64,000 nt of DNA, taken from positions 18,042,001-18,106,000 of the forward strand of contig OZ210885.1 in the NCBI GenBank assembly GCA_964658305.1, read 5' to 3'. The notes below the pieces were generated by a model. It was not told the DNA's origin, did not search any database, and saw only the letters and a list, made by a program, of their open reading frames with translations. Positions within the stretch are counted from its first letter, which is position 1. Every line of letters starts with the position of its first letter. Origin of the DNA: Leptogorgia sarmentosa. Lineage: Eukaryota. Positions 1 to 13,958 of this stretch are shown here, piece by piece. Both the position numbers and the translations under genes were made by a program.

Positions 1-44
1 AGTGTCTATAAACTCAACAGCATTCTTTCTATCTACATGTTTAG

Positions 45-1834
45 TCATAAAAAATGCTCGTTCTGGTTGGAGGATACCTCTACATCTTCATGAACTTCGC
101 TCATTGAATCACCTTCCAACACATTCTCGACATCCTTTTGCTCGAACTCATGATTCTCATCATCCTTATCGAGGTCAATAACGTTTGAGGTACCGGTATC
201 ATTACTGGATGGCCATTCTATCAATGCTTCTGAATTACTGGATTTTCTTCCACTTGAGATATCATCACTGGATAGCCTTTCTGCCAATGCTCCTGATTTA
301 CTGGATTTTCTTTCAGTTGAGGCATCATCACTGGATAGCCATTCTGTCAATGCTCCTGATTTACTGGATTTTCTTTCAGTAGATGAAGTCTTTCTCTTCT
401 TGGAATTTCTTGATTTTGTCTCAGCTTTTTCCAACTTGGCCAACTCTTTCATTTTTAACTGTCGTTCCTGGTGAATTTCCAAAATTGACTTATTAATTTC
501 TGCAGCTTCCAGGAACTTTTCTGTATTCGAATATTTCTGTTTTTGTTTTTCCAAAAGACCAATAGTTTCATTATGGTTTTGAATTGCCCCTGATAACTCT
601 TGAATTTTATCTTTTCTCCTCTCATTGTGCAAGTACTGACGTTTCTTCGTTTGTTTTGATTGGGTAGCCTGTTTTCCAAAGGCAGTAGATCGAGAAACTT
701 TTTTTTTATAACTGTAGCCTTCATCATCAACTCTCTTTCTTGCACAGGCAAACAACTCTCCTCGATCTTGCAACAATGCACAATCTTGTTTTACCAATTC
801 CAAACTTGCATCGTTAACTGCTTTTTGATACTCTGATAAATCGACCAAATTGCCACTTCGACCATAGATTTTACTTTCCTTTTCTAGATATGCAGAGTCG
901 ATTGTGACTGTGCTTGTCTCACCAGACACATTAACTTCATTAACCTAATAATAGAATAATATTTTCAGAGAATTTAAATTTAACATAAAGTAAAATTTAA
1001 TAACGTTTTAGATTTTGTGGAAACACCACGTATATGTATTATTGCAAAGCTTTCGGTCCGTGTGCCCGGACCGTCATCAGTGCTTGACGGCCCAGGCACA
1101 CAGACCGAAAGCTTTGCAATAATAAATATACGTGGTGTTTCCACAAAATCTAAAACGTTATTGATAATTCACCATGCAAACTTACAAGGAACTTATCAAA
1201 GTAAAATTTGTACATGTCTCATATAATATAAAGACACAGATTAACGATACATTTATTATGACTTACTTCACTAACTTCTCCAAGGGAAAGTGTCCCACTC
1301 TGCCCAACCAATGTTCTTTGTTTAGACTGCTTCTTTTCTACTTTAAAAGTAAACATTACAACATATAACTCACATGGAAAATGATAATTTATCAATAAAA
1401 GTTTTATAAATTTCTATGGTAATTCTCCACTTTCCAATGGTGTAAAATGGATTTGTGGCAATGAAAAAGGTGAAACATTTTAATTTTCCTTGCATAAAAA
1501 TACATGTAACAAACCACATAAAACATTCACCTCCTTGGGACAAATACTGTACACTCTGATTACTCTCGACCTTGACAAACAAAAACAAAGGTACTTTTCA
1601 ATTTCTACATTGTGACTATTTGTCTTGAAATCAAAATACACAAGGTTAAGGAATTTTGCTATTTTGCTAGGTTGTTAGAAATTTAAACAGTGAAACATGA
1701 GAAATTTGTAAGAAAGCCGACATAGTACAGTGGTCAAACACATGCACTTAATTTCAAAGACTGTTCTGTTTATAGTAATATTCTTGTGTGTTTTTCCCTT
1801 CATTTTCACTCTTGTTTTCATAGGGCCACATTGA

Positions 1835-1867
<33 letters not shown>

Positions 1868-2725
1868 CCCATGCTGCGTTTAATAATATCAGCTGATTTA
1901 AAGTCATTTTTAAAGACCCACATCCATATAGCTATTGAGTATTGTCATATTTAACATTGAGTCAACATTTTATATTGGGTCAACATTTACATATATTTTA
2001 TTTTTATGTGGGTTTTGCTCTACAATTCACTGCCAGGGAGGCAGGTCTACACTAGTTGGGTGTGTATGAATGATAAACACCAAATCAGCTTTGCCCATGG
2101 CGATTCGGCAAATTATGAAGCCTACCTGTTTTTCTGCCACAATGCTAATACTTTCCTGTTCCACTACTAGCCTGTCTTTATCAGTAACGTCATCTATGTT
2201 ATCAATTTCAATATAGTCGTTCCATTCACAGTCAAATTTTTTGAGATAAACCTTTGTATTTTCGGGAATTTTGAAGCATTTTTTTACTTCGATAATCAAT
2301 TGCTCGAATGTTTGGCTGTCACTTTCATGTACTTGAATGATTTTTTTTCTGTCTCCCAACTGTAACAACACCTATATATTTGACAAAATGAAATATATTA
2401 TAAATAAATATTAATGTATTATTAACTATACCATGCTTGTATTCAAATCAGTGAAATGCTGTTCAAAATAAAGAATCAAGAGTGTTTGTTTGTTGTTTTT
2501 TTCAAATATACAGGAAGTCACATTTGCATACTTGTTTTAAAATACTTTTAATATATTTGCATACTAAAATATGTAAAATACCAAATTTGTAATTTCATAC
2601 TGAATTGAAAGTGGATTAGAAAGCTGGCGGATGTATGAGTTTAACCCAAAAAAATTAAGGATTTTTAAAAAAATTACCTTTTTGACTCCATCTTGCAATT
2701 CCACGCCACTAGTGATTTCCGCCAT
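45..2725 (-). CDS. Three-exon gene of unknown function (PB1/ubiquitin-like N-terminal exon, coiled-coil and low-complexity C-terminus); possibly a transposon accessory gene
   Basis: Exons 2678-2725 (MAEITSGVELQDGVKK), 2126-2371 and 45-944 join in phase 0 through GT-AG introns into one open frame. Exon 2 (KKIIQV...YLKKFDCEWNDYIEID) looks like a PB1/Ubl fold. A 60-bp coding repeat lies at about 200-380. Confidence 0.7.
999..1162. repeat. Near-perfect palindromic MITE-like element (about 164 bp) in an intron
   Basis: aataacgttttagattttgtggaaacaccacg... is mirrored by ...cgtggtgtttccacaaaatctaaaacgttatt with a short central loop. Confidence 0.85.
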
Positions 2726-5349
2726 CTTGAACTTGCTTCCACTTTCAAGAATTGAAAAATCCTTATTTTTCCTTATTTGGACTAAAATTTCCTTCAAAAA
2801 TATTGGAAATTTTCTTTTACGAATTTTGCCATTTTGAAGTTGATTTATGCAAAATCATGGCAGAAAAAGTGGTTAAAAACATGTGCTCTGGAAATGAAGC
2901 TATCCCAGTGAACTCAAATAAAACTGGAATGCTAGCTGCAGGTAAACATGCCCATACATGCCTGAAGCCAAGATGGCGGAAATTGAAGCCTCTCTTGTAG
3001 GTATAAAACACGCGTGTTTTTTGCGTGGGGTAGTCACGAAGGGTGAAAGCATGGCGACGAAACGCCAACGATGTTGTGGAAACTCGTTGTTCAAATGCGG
3101 AAATTTTGTAGTTTTTGTTTGAATTATGCAGGATTTTTACGCTATTTCTAAATAATTTTCAAAGGACAGTTTATTTCTAAATAACAATTTACAATCGATC
3201 GAATATTTATCTTATTTTGTGAGGATACATAAATAGTATGAAATATATAAGCTACTTAAAACGTAATTAACTTAAAAACAGTAAATGGAAGGCTTGTGCA
3301 AGTAGAGCTCTTGTTGTTCGTGTTGTGACTTGTGAGTGATGACTTAATTACCTCAGACAATGACAAAATATTTGTTTTTGTTTTTTATACGGCATATAAA
3401 CGTCTGTTTACAAAGTTTTCTCAAACAATGTCATACAAAAATAATTTTGCTGCTCCGTTAAGTGTTTCTAAAAGTTGTTCATGCAGAATACCTGCTCTAT
3501 TCTGTGTTATTATTATCTAAAAAGGTCTGTAAATTGAGTGTTAAGACGAGACTTTTTTTACATATTCATAATTGCTGCCATATTGCCTATGGATAATCCG
3601 CGCAGGGGCCTGGATCATACCTACAAGACGAGCTTCAATTTCCCTCATATTGGCTTCAAAATTTCCCACCCAGCTAGCGTTCCAGTTTTATTTGAGTTCA
3701 CTGAGCTATCCACGCATCGCAATTCCTTAATTTTCGAGCAGCTGGGAAATTTGTTGTCGCTGTGCAGAGAAATTGCGGGCACAACCTGTTTTTTGTTCGA
3801 ATTTGTAAATTTCGAATGAAAATGCAAAGCGAATGTTTGTTTGAGATCTGAGCTTCTCTGAGCCATAATCAAATTATTTAAAGAGTAGGAAGTTGTTCTT
3901 AGCACACCAAGTTTGCTTCAGATGTTAAATATGTCCTTTTTAATGGTACATTTTACTAAAATATTGGTGACGAAGGCACCTAGGGTTTGAACGTGTTATT
4001 ATGCCTTGCGAAGTGTTGTGTTTATTTGTAAATTGTGCGCCAACACGCTTGGTTACATGGATCAAAACTAACTTGTACGTGAATCTATGGTCTGACAGAA
4101 GACGATTTTTCAAGTGATTTGAAACAAACTTGTGCGAGTGATCAGCACATCTACACAAGGATGTTGACCGATAATTTGAACACAATTTTGGCACGCGCGT
4201 GCTTTGAGTAAAGATTCACTGCCACTTGTGGGTGTTTGAAACTGGAAGGAGTGTATAATATGTTCCTTACAACTTTATGTGTCACCCCTGGTTCTGTTTT
4301 TGCCAGATAATTTTACGTTTGTTCACGGTGAGCAAATGTTTACATTGCTTCGCATCTGTTGACGTTATAGACCCAGGACAGACGTATGGCGGGCAAGCTT
4401 CGAAAGCTCAAAATCTAGACGAATTCTCCAAATTTTTGTTACTAAATTTGATATTCTCATTGTTTGCTGTTTTTGATAAACAGCATTTTGTTGATATGAA
4501 AATTGCCCTTCCGACCAAAATCGTGGAATCTATGTCAAACATTGCATTTCGGTTGAATTTTGATGTCTGCCATATCAAGACGAACGATAGCGAATCAATT
4601 GGATGTAGTTGGTTCAATTTAATTGGGTCGAAACTCGGCAAAATTGTGAAAAATCTAACCGAAGTCTCCAAAATCTTGATCCTATTTTTGAATTCTCTGG
4701 ATAGGTAGGAAAAATAAATACCTAATCGTTTTGAGGGGAAAATTGCGCTTCAAGTTAAATTTCGCCTTTAAAGTTCGACAGGTAGAGCATAATATCCCTG
4801 TCTCGTCGTAGGATACACCGAAACAGCTCTCGAAAACAGCGCTTTGCGGAAGCTATTCCTTGCAGAATTTAATTCTTTTTGCAGCATTTGCCGCATACGG
4901 CACAATAAAGGTCCTTCCTATTTGCAACTGCAAAAACAGCGATAAAAACAGCGATAAAAACAGCGATAAAAACAGCCGAAGAAACGAGGCACAAGAGAAA
5001 AAAATCCCGCTCATGTTTTTGTTTACAAATTTTAAAGATCCCGCGCGCGATATTAGTTCGTGGAGCCCACGCAAGTCATTTGACGCATGCGCAACAAATT
5101 TCCCAGCTGCTTAATTTTCGACATATTTGGGAATTATTTCCTTTAAAAAATTTCCCCGTCATATTCCCGTGGGTAAAATTCAAAAAAGCAATTCCCCCAC
5201 CCTCTTTTTAAGTGGTAGAACAAAGTGTTATGATTTTCCCGACTCTGGGGAAGAATTTTGTTGCAATCTACGTGTATTCTCCCACAACATCCTGTGGTCA
5301 GCCCGGGGGTCGACCCCTCTGGGAAGCCGATGACAAGTGCATTACAGCC

Positions 5350-5690
5350 GGTCGAGTATACCACTTTTCGGTATTGTCGACCTTCTCTATTGAATTGTAT
5401 ATTTGTTGATAAATTTTATAAGCTGCATGCACAGATTCATTTTGACATTTGCATGAGGGTCGAGTTTATTGAAGCCGGTCGAGTATACCACTTTTCGGTA
5501 TTGTCGACCTTCTAACTATATTGAATTATATATTTGTTGTTAAATTTTATAAGCTGTTGGGTAGAGATTATTTTTAAAGCATAGGACCATAACTTACAGT
5601 AAATTACTAACATGCGTGTTCAACATTTTGACACTTAAGGGTCGAGTTTATTACAGCTGGTCGAGTATACCACTTTTCGTATTGTCGACC
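5350..5690. repeat. Three dispersed hairpin-forming direct repeats
   Basis: ggtcgagtataccacttttc(g)gtattgtcgacc at 5350, 5477 and 5659, each within a longer repeated block. Confidence 0.85.
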
Positions 5691-5802
5691 TTAATCTCTA
5701 TTGAATTAATAATCTCTGCCAATACAATATGAAGCGACTTCTTTATAACAAACGATATATTATTCTTCCAAAATACATTCTGAAATAAAATTTTTTTTAC
5801 AG

Positions 5803-6963
5803 AATAGCTACACTCGAAGGGATATCAATCTATCGTCTGGATTTGGCTTCATTGAATCCCAAAAGCTGGGTCAACGACAGCGTCATTGATTTCATGTTAA
5901 AGTATTACATTGATTAATGGACCATAGTAAGTATACCATGTATTTTATTTATGTGCAGGTATTCAGCCTCCTTTGACTTGAACTATTTTGGATGAAATAG
6001 GCTGTAACTAGTAGCAACTAACTTTTTGTACAATTGTGTGTCAGGGATCTCGTTCATATTTGCACGCATTCTATTTTCATGTAGCTCGTTCGACACCAGA
6101 CAGCCTCTTGATCTATCTGGATGCGACATTGCAGCAGCAAGTACCTGGACACCTAGGAATCTGGATAAATATCGTTTTGCCCTTGTTCCTGTGTGTGACA
6201 TGTAAGTGTTTCAAGGATAACTAGCTGATAAACCATGCACATTCAAAGTCAAAATCAGGCAGTGTTAACATAAGCCTTAATCTCGAACTTATATTTCAGG
6301 ACGCATTGGTGGGTCGTGGTTTACCACATTAACACTGGAACACTGTATGTACTGTGCAGTATGGGCTGGAAGAATAACAATGTTGCAGAATCAATAAAAA
6401 GGTATAAATCATGTGTTATCTGTTATTTGCAACATTTACATGCACTTATAACGAGTTTCTATATATGTGCTTTCTTAATATATTACAATTTCTTTCATAT
6501 AATGTACGCTTTCGTATGAACGCATCAAGCGGTGTGAATATATATACATTGTATTTTTTTGTCAGGTATTTTGAACATGTTCGTGCCGAACAACGTTGGT
6601 CTAGCGAAATCCCAGCAATATCTGACCCAATTTTTGCAAAGGTTAGCATTAGCATTACACCAATCTCGCACATGCACTAACATAAAACTGAAATATATGT
6701 GGTGATCAGTGCCAGTGTGCAAATGCATGGAATGCTATTATCAAAAATGCTTTTTCGCAAAGTTGTGCATGGAATCTATCCGAAAGATATAGAAACGGAA
6801 TTTAACACGTCTCAATAGAATTACTAACCTCCCTTACAATCTAATGGGAATGCAAATCTGACGTATAATTATGTAACAACTACTTGTTTAGGTTGCGAGA
6901 CAAACAAACGCTTATGATTGTGGAGTTTTCATAATCGAATATTGCAGAAAAATATTGGAAGGG
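5803..6963 (+). pseudogene. Ulp1/SENP-family (peptidase C48) SUMO protease, spliced and degenerate
   Basis: Hand-translated exons give LNPKSWVNDSVIDFML, WTPRNLDKYRFALVPVCD/THWWVVVY (catalytic His) and RQTNAYDCGVFII (Gln and catalytic Cys). The middle exon has stops and a frameshift. Confidence 0.8.
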
Positions 6964-7269
6964 GTAGGTACATGCATGGGATTATTGTCAACCATAATTG
7001 TAAATCGTAAATGAAAATCGCAAATGCAAAACCATGAATTTACTTTTAAAAATGCAAAACCATGAATTTACTTTTAAATTTATGAAAAGGGTGCAATTGG
7101 ACCAAACCTTGTTAAAACGGAAGAAGTTCAAAAGCGAAGAAGAGAGATAAAGAAGATCATAAAAATGTATCAAACAAATTGACCACTATAGCTACATGCA
7201 CAACGAGGCAGAGTTGTCTAATTGTTTTAGTGTACACTCGATGCCCAGAATTATTTATAATTCTTCCCT

Positions 7270-10200
7270 TCAGGAAATTGTGTACGAATGATTGTAAATG
7301 GGACATTAGGAGATTCATGATCATGCATTAAGTGAAAACCATACGATATACCTACAAAAGACAAAGATACGCGTGCAGTACAAGACAATGACATACTCCC
7401 GTTTTGCATATTGACGTTTACATTTGGCTGTTTATTTCTGGCCATCAACTACGTAAGCAATCACCAACATAAACAGCAGCGTGCAGACATGCAGCTGTTT
7501 CGCCCTTTTGGGGCTCATCAGCACAGTGTAGCCAATGATGAGCACGTCTGTTACACTCAAACTCACCACAGCAAGTGTGGACAGCTAATATACGTACATA
7601 TACCCTATACATAAACGGAGCACAACAGATAGTAAGGCCTGTTTCATACAAGAAGCGATCATTAGGTGGAAGGTTGCATTTATGACTTACCATGAGTGCA
7701 GAATAGAGTAAATAGTCCTGGCACGAGCGTAAAATTACGTTTCTTGGATTTTCCACCTTTGAAACAATCCCCCAAATGTGGGTTTTTGTCATCCAGTACA
7801 TATGAGCCTCTTTGAACGATCTGTGGCATGGAAGGAAAGTAACCAAACAAGTCGCAACTATCTTCACAAGGTTTCAGTGAATGCGCGCTTCTACAATGAC
7901 CATCATTGTCCTGAAAAGGCGAGACAGATTTTTCCACCAAATCTCGAAAAAGAAGATGTAAGGATTTATCAGGACTACCACATTCAACGAGGAGGTTAAA
8001 GATCAAAGGCACGTGATCCTGAAGCAATTTCAAATCCACGCTGGGGTTGGTAAACGGGTCAAAACCATTCGACATGGACAAAAGAAGATTAGTCACGTCA
8101 GGAGTAGGTGGGATGATAGAACAAACGGTGGCAATCGGTGTCAGTATTTCTACGTTTACCTACACCAATCGTACCGTATAAACACCTTCAGCACTTTAAA
8201 TGTAGTCTAACTAGTCTTCTACTAGCACACCTCATCTGAAAACTAGTCAATTTTTGGTCAAACACAAAGAGATAAAACTTGTGAAGGAAATTTACAATAT
8301 GGTTATTACTGCACCTCATCTTTTAACTGTTGAAGCTTGTTTTGGCTAGATTATAGAATACCCGGCCACTTTTGAAACTATGACTTGTTATCATGATACG
8401 ATGATACGAAGTGAGAATAATAACGTAATATAATAGTAAATCCGGGCAAGCTGAAAGGTCCTGGGCAAGGTATATTTTTTCGTGATACAATGATACGAAG
8501 TGAGAATAATGACATAATGTAATATAACCGAGTATTTAAAGGAGTCTGGGCAAGGTATATTTTTTCGTGATACGATGATACGAAGTGAGAATAATGACGT
8601 AATGTAATATAGCAAAATATTTTAAAGAAGCCTTGCCAACATCTATTTTTTCTTGATATGATGATACCAACTTAAATGTGATTTACCCGCGATTATTCAA
8701 AAAGCATGCGTTTCCTAATACAATTAAATCAAGTGAAAATAATTATGCATTTACTAATGCATATTGTTTTTATATCTGTTAGGGTCAGGCTTTTACTGTT
8801 CGGGTTGGTGTTTAATGTGATGGTCAGTGTTTACTGTTCGGGTTTCTTGAAAGGGATTAGCTTGTGTCCATGCATTTTCAACGGAACACATTTATTTATC
8901 TCGGATTTACTGTATCTTATAGAGACATGTTAGGAGCGTAAGCGTCACGGTCATCGATAGTATGTCAGGATAAAGGTCGCTTTATCATTTTAGTCAGTGA
9001 GCGAGCTGCCTAGTAATTCGTCTTAGTTGGCAGGAAAGGTATATCCTTTAGCCAGGAAAAAATATACCTTGCCCAGGACCTTTAAGCTCGCCCGGACTTA
9101 TTATATATTACGTCACTAATCTCACTTCGTATCATCGTATCACGAAAAAATATACCTTGCCCAGGACCTTTAAGCTGGCTCCGCCTTATTATATATTACG
9201 TCATTAATCTCACTTCGTATCATCGTATCACGAAAAAATATACCTTGCCCAGGAACTTTGAGCTTGCTCGGACTTACTATATATTACGTCATTAATCTCA
9301 CTTCGTATCATCGTATCACGAAAAATATACCTTGCTCAGGATCTTTGAACTTGCTCGGACTTATTATATATTACGTCACTAATCTCACTTCGTATCATCG
9401 TATCACGAAAAAATATACCTTGCTCAGGACCTTTGAGCTTGCTCGGACTTATTATATATTACGTCACTAATCTCACTTCGTATCATCGTATCACGAAAAA
9501 ATATACCTTGCCCAGGAACTTTGAGCTTGCTCGGACTTACTATATATTACGTCATTAATCTCACTTCGTATCATCGTATCACGAAAAAATATACCTTGCT
9601 CAGGATCTTTGAACTTGCTCGGACTTATTATATATTACGTCACTAATCTCACTTTGTATCATCGTATCACGAAAAAATATACCTTGCTCAGGATCTTTGA
9701 GCTTGCTCGGACTTATTATATATTACGTCACTAATCTCACTTCGTATCATCGTATCATCGTATCATGAAAAAATATACCTTGCTCAGGACCTTTGAGCTT
9801 GCTCGGACTTACTATATATTACGTCACTAATCTCACTTCGTATCATCGTATCATGATAACAAGTCATAGTTTCAAAAGTGGCCGGGTATTCTATAATCGC
9901 TCCCTTGTTTTCTGAAATTGTGCCATTTACCAATCTCGTCAATAGAATTCGAACACTTTTGCGATTAATGAAATTCCTACATTCAAACCTAGTGTTGATG
10001 AAAAGTATATCTACATGATAATATCCAATGCGAATCGTAATAATTCATAAAATTTCATGAAATAAACTTAGTAAAACGTATCTTCCATCGCGTATTTCAT
10101 CGTCAAACTGAACTTCATTTTCGGTAGCTGGTAGGAATTTTTTCTGAATGCCTAAGGTTGTTCCATCCATTACAATTTTATCTGGACTAGCTCCACAATC

Positions 10201-13200
10201 AGGACAGAGAAAACCTCGCTCAAAATCAACATCCAACAATCTGTATTAAATAATAAGAAACGAAACAATACACTATACAAGAGCGGCATTGTCATAATTA
10301 ATGCCATTTTGATCATATAACCACAACAGATTGATTCTTTCGTTTTTCAAAGAATAAGTTATGAAAGTGAACAAATGAAATTACCAAACCTGTAATGCTA
10401 TAAAATATAACAAACCTGATCATAGATAACACGGCAAGGCGGAATTTGGTATACGTGATAAGCTTTCCGAAGTTGAAGTTGCCTGCCGAAATTTGTCGAT
10501 GAAGATAGGATACGTAATATCTGTACATAGGAAGCCTAAACACAAATTTTGATGGGTTGAGATACGATCATCGTTAGCGAAAGTCTTGTAATTTCTGTAT
10601 AGACAAAATCATCACGCAATTCTCGCTGCTTAAGTCAACTAATATCTGCATGCATGCATGCATGCACATCAAATAATTCTACCTTTATGTGTATATCTTG
10701 GGTATAATATTAGGCATTTAAAGTCTTCAAACATTATAGGAACAGGTGGGAATAATAGAATAATAGATTACACTTACGCAGACGTCAGAAAGAGGTGAAT
10801 ATAATCTTTGAGAACCGCATGGGAAATACCATAAGATCCAAACCAAACAATACTATTTTCATAACCATCATACGACTTTTTATTACACCAAGCCGAACAG
10901 GGTCTGTAATAAACTGCAACGAAACATATTTATGATTTTGAAGGTACTTTATATACAGTTTCAGAGCAACATATACCTGATATTTAACCTGATATATATG
11001 GTTGTCATTAATAACGAATCAATTCTATATACCATTAACATATGTCACAGAATACATGCACGCAATCAGGTTTTCTTGAACATGCAACCATTCATCCTCG
11101 AACGATTCTTCTGCCCACAACTCTCCACATTGGCATACACCATCCCTATTTGGAGCTACTACACACACACCATTCTTTTTAGGTAAATTCTGGAAGAGTG
11201 TAACATCAGAATGGTACCCTACAATACAAATGCTCACATATTGAACTAAGCCTTGATTCAGGAAAAAAATACATTAGGCAAAAATGTAGCTACTATACGT
11301 ATGTGCACTGTACGCATTAAATGAATTCATTTGAAAGTCAGTAAATTGAAAGAATTAGTTTTTTTAATAGGCTAGTTCCATGGTGATATGCAGAGGTAAT
11401 CATGGATCATACCTTGTGATAGAAATAGTGGAAATTTTTCTTTGCTTTGGCTCACAAGTTCAAAATATTTCCTCAATTCGGGAGAAACCTTCATGGAAAA
11501 TTTGAACAAGGCCAAGGGAGATTCATCCCAGTTGGTTTCAATTTCAAGCTCCGAAGTGATGGCAGCAGTATGACAGCAATGAAGACTTTGGCAAGTGTCG
11601 CAATGTAGCTGAGGTGACGGCGGCGTAACTTTAGTGTACACAAATGTACAAACCCCCCACGCACGTGTTGGTGGTTTCACTGCAGTCCAACTTGATCCGC
11701 TTGGAAGTGCCCTGAACATAACCTGGAATGTAAGGAGTGAAGATGTTAAGTATGAATATCTCAAGAAGAATCATCAGGTGGCTATTATATATTGCAAGAC
11801 GGGATAACTGTCATAATTTGTACATCCAGGGAAATATCTCCTCTTCAATTGATACAAATTGCAATAAGTTAGAAGATGCACAAAATCTTAATGAAACAAT
11901 TGCTGTATATACAATATAACTCAGTTTTAGATTGTAAAACATACTTGTGTCAGTTCTGCTTGACTGTAGGCATGCTCTTTCTCTTCATTCGATTTAATTC
12001 CTATATAAAAAATAATTACCACTGTTACAAATTGGAGTAATCAATAGTGTGATAAAAAGTGTACAGAAATGTCATTTATATTCAACAAATGTTATTCAAT
12101 GAATATATCAGTGAATCACCAGAATTATGAAATAATCAAAACATTATACAATATAAAGTAAATACTGTATAACATACTTTGATCATATATTTCTTCTACA
12201 CTGATGTCACATTTGGGATCAAAACATCTGAAGTATACTTCCATGGCTGATATGTGCAGACACTTTGTATATGGTATAACTGGAAAGTTAAATAGATCAA
12301 AAGCAGAAGACAAGTTCAATTTCGATTATGCTTTATAATTAACATATAGATATATATGACCATATGGAAAATGTTAAATGTAAATCACCTTTATCAAGTT
12401 TATCATTGACCTCTGGATGAAGTGCTTTCACAAATTCCATTCTACTTGGATTGCAGGAACAAGAGTAGGCCCATTCATACCCACTTGGTGATTTGTGAGC
12501 AGCTCGATGTAAAAAGACATAGGTTGTGTACTAAAAACCAACCAAAGGCCACTAATGTTGGCAGAATTCCTTTCAACAGATTGTTTGGGATTTTACAAAT
12601 AAACACAGTGACACTACCTTAATATGTCTCCTTTCAACATCATAGTCACATACAGCATATGATGTGCAACTTTCCAGCTCAGTTACATAGTCAAACTGAA
12701 TAATCAACTGGGAATAATGAATGTGATGTGGCAACAGTCGTGGCTACAAAAATCAAAATAGCAATGTATTTGCTTGAGATTGCATTGCTCGATCATTGTC
12801 CCGAAAGAATATACATTTAGAAAACAGCTTAATAAAGCCCTTATCACTATCATTGGAGGAGAATATGGAAGCAATAGCATGTATATTGTATTGTACATTG
12901 TTAATTAATAATATATATTCATAATCTTTTAAACAAAAGCTATTGTAACAGTAATAAAAATAAATACCACCAGATAATTAAAATACAAGAAAAAAAACAT
13001 ACCAGGTACTCCAAATAATATCTTGTAAACCAGTATAAGCGTTGTAAGATAGTTGTCTCATTGTTATCGCTCATATCTTGAGTTTACAGTCTTGATGCTA
13101 TTCTCTGAGGTATATTTTTTATAATACTAACCTCCATGATTTCTTCATCAATTCGGAACTCGGCCTGATTGGAATGAGATTCAAAAATCTTGTTGGTATT

Positions 13201-13330
13201 TAAGTCCTGCAATTACCAAACAACAAATATTCAAGAGCTAGAATATCAAAAGATTTCAAAAATGAATAGGAAATGCTCACCAATTTTTGGCAGGTTTCAT
13301 AGTTGAGCTCTTGTTCTATTGCATGGGAAC
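7270..13330 (-). mobile_element. KDZ (Kyakuja-Dileera-Zisupton)/HMGXB3-like CxC transposase, multi-exon, C-terminally truncated
   Basis: Exons encode LLDVDFERGFLCPDCGASPDKIVMDGTTLG (10045-10239), LVPGLFTLFCTHG (about 7690) and ISYGFHLMHDHESPNVPFTII (about 7270-7350), plus Cys-rich exons at 10780-11730. The expected downstream YDxxC motif was not found. The upstream boundary is approximate. Confidence 0.7.
8349..9898. mobile_element. Foldback-type non-autonomous element with TIRs built from an approximately 90-bp tandem repeat
   Basis: Both ends read gattatagaatacccggccacttttgaaactatg inward. The left arm has about 3 repeat units and the right arm about 9 units in the opposite orientation, around a unique core of about 350 bp. 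Confidence 0.85.
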
Positions 13331-13380
13331 CCTATAAATTATAAAATATCCACAGCATTGACACAATCATTTGAGGGTAT

Positions 13381-13958
13381 TGTTTCATTTTGTTATTAAC
13401 TTTTAATGTTAGGGAATATTTCATGATTAAGAACGTCTGATTGGTTAATGATTATAGGGATTAAGAAATCAAGCAATATAAAATTACAAGTAAAAGACCT
13501 GCATGCCTTAGGTAGAGACTCATTCAGTAATTTTAGTTCATGTCAAAAGGACCGTTTGCTAACCAGGATTTGCTTAGAGCTAACCAGTGATCTGCTAACC
13601 AGTTTTATCTGTTTTGTATACGACCTGCCACAGAAGTAAGTGAAATCTATTGGACATTCTAAGTAATTAACTTGTATGGTAAGAAGCATCGACATATCAA
13701 ATTTAACCTTACGAAATTATTGTATTGTATTTTAGATCGAATATTAATTATCATTAAATCATCATTATTATACGGTTTGTTGGCTGTCGCTGATTTTAAG
13801 TATGTTGCATTGTAAACGTTACTCCCATTAACTTTTACCCTAAAATAAACTTTATCCCTTAAAATCCCATTAACTTTTACCCTATAATCATTAACCAATC
13901 AGACGTTCTTAATCATAAAATATTCCCTAACGTTAAAAGTTAATAACAAAATGAAACA
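13381..13958. mobile_element. Non-autonomous TIR element, Ginger-like (TGT...ACA ends, 5-bp TSD)
   Basis: Imperfect TIRs of about 80 bp (tgtttcattttgttatta...). GGTAT is duplicated at 13376-13380 and 13959-13963. Confidence 0.8.

Noticed and set aside
9040..9860. CRISPR-like regularly spaced repeats
   Set aside because: Whole units are near-identical with no unique spacers, there are no cas genes, the context is eukaryotic, and the array is one arm of a foldback element.
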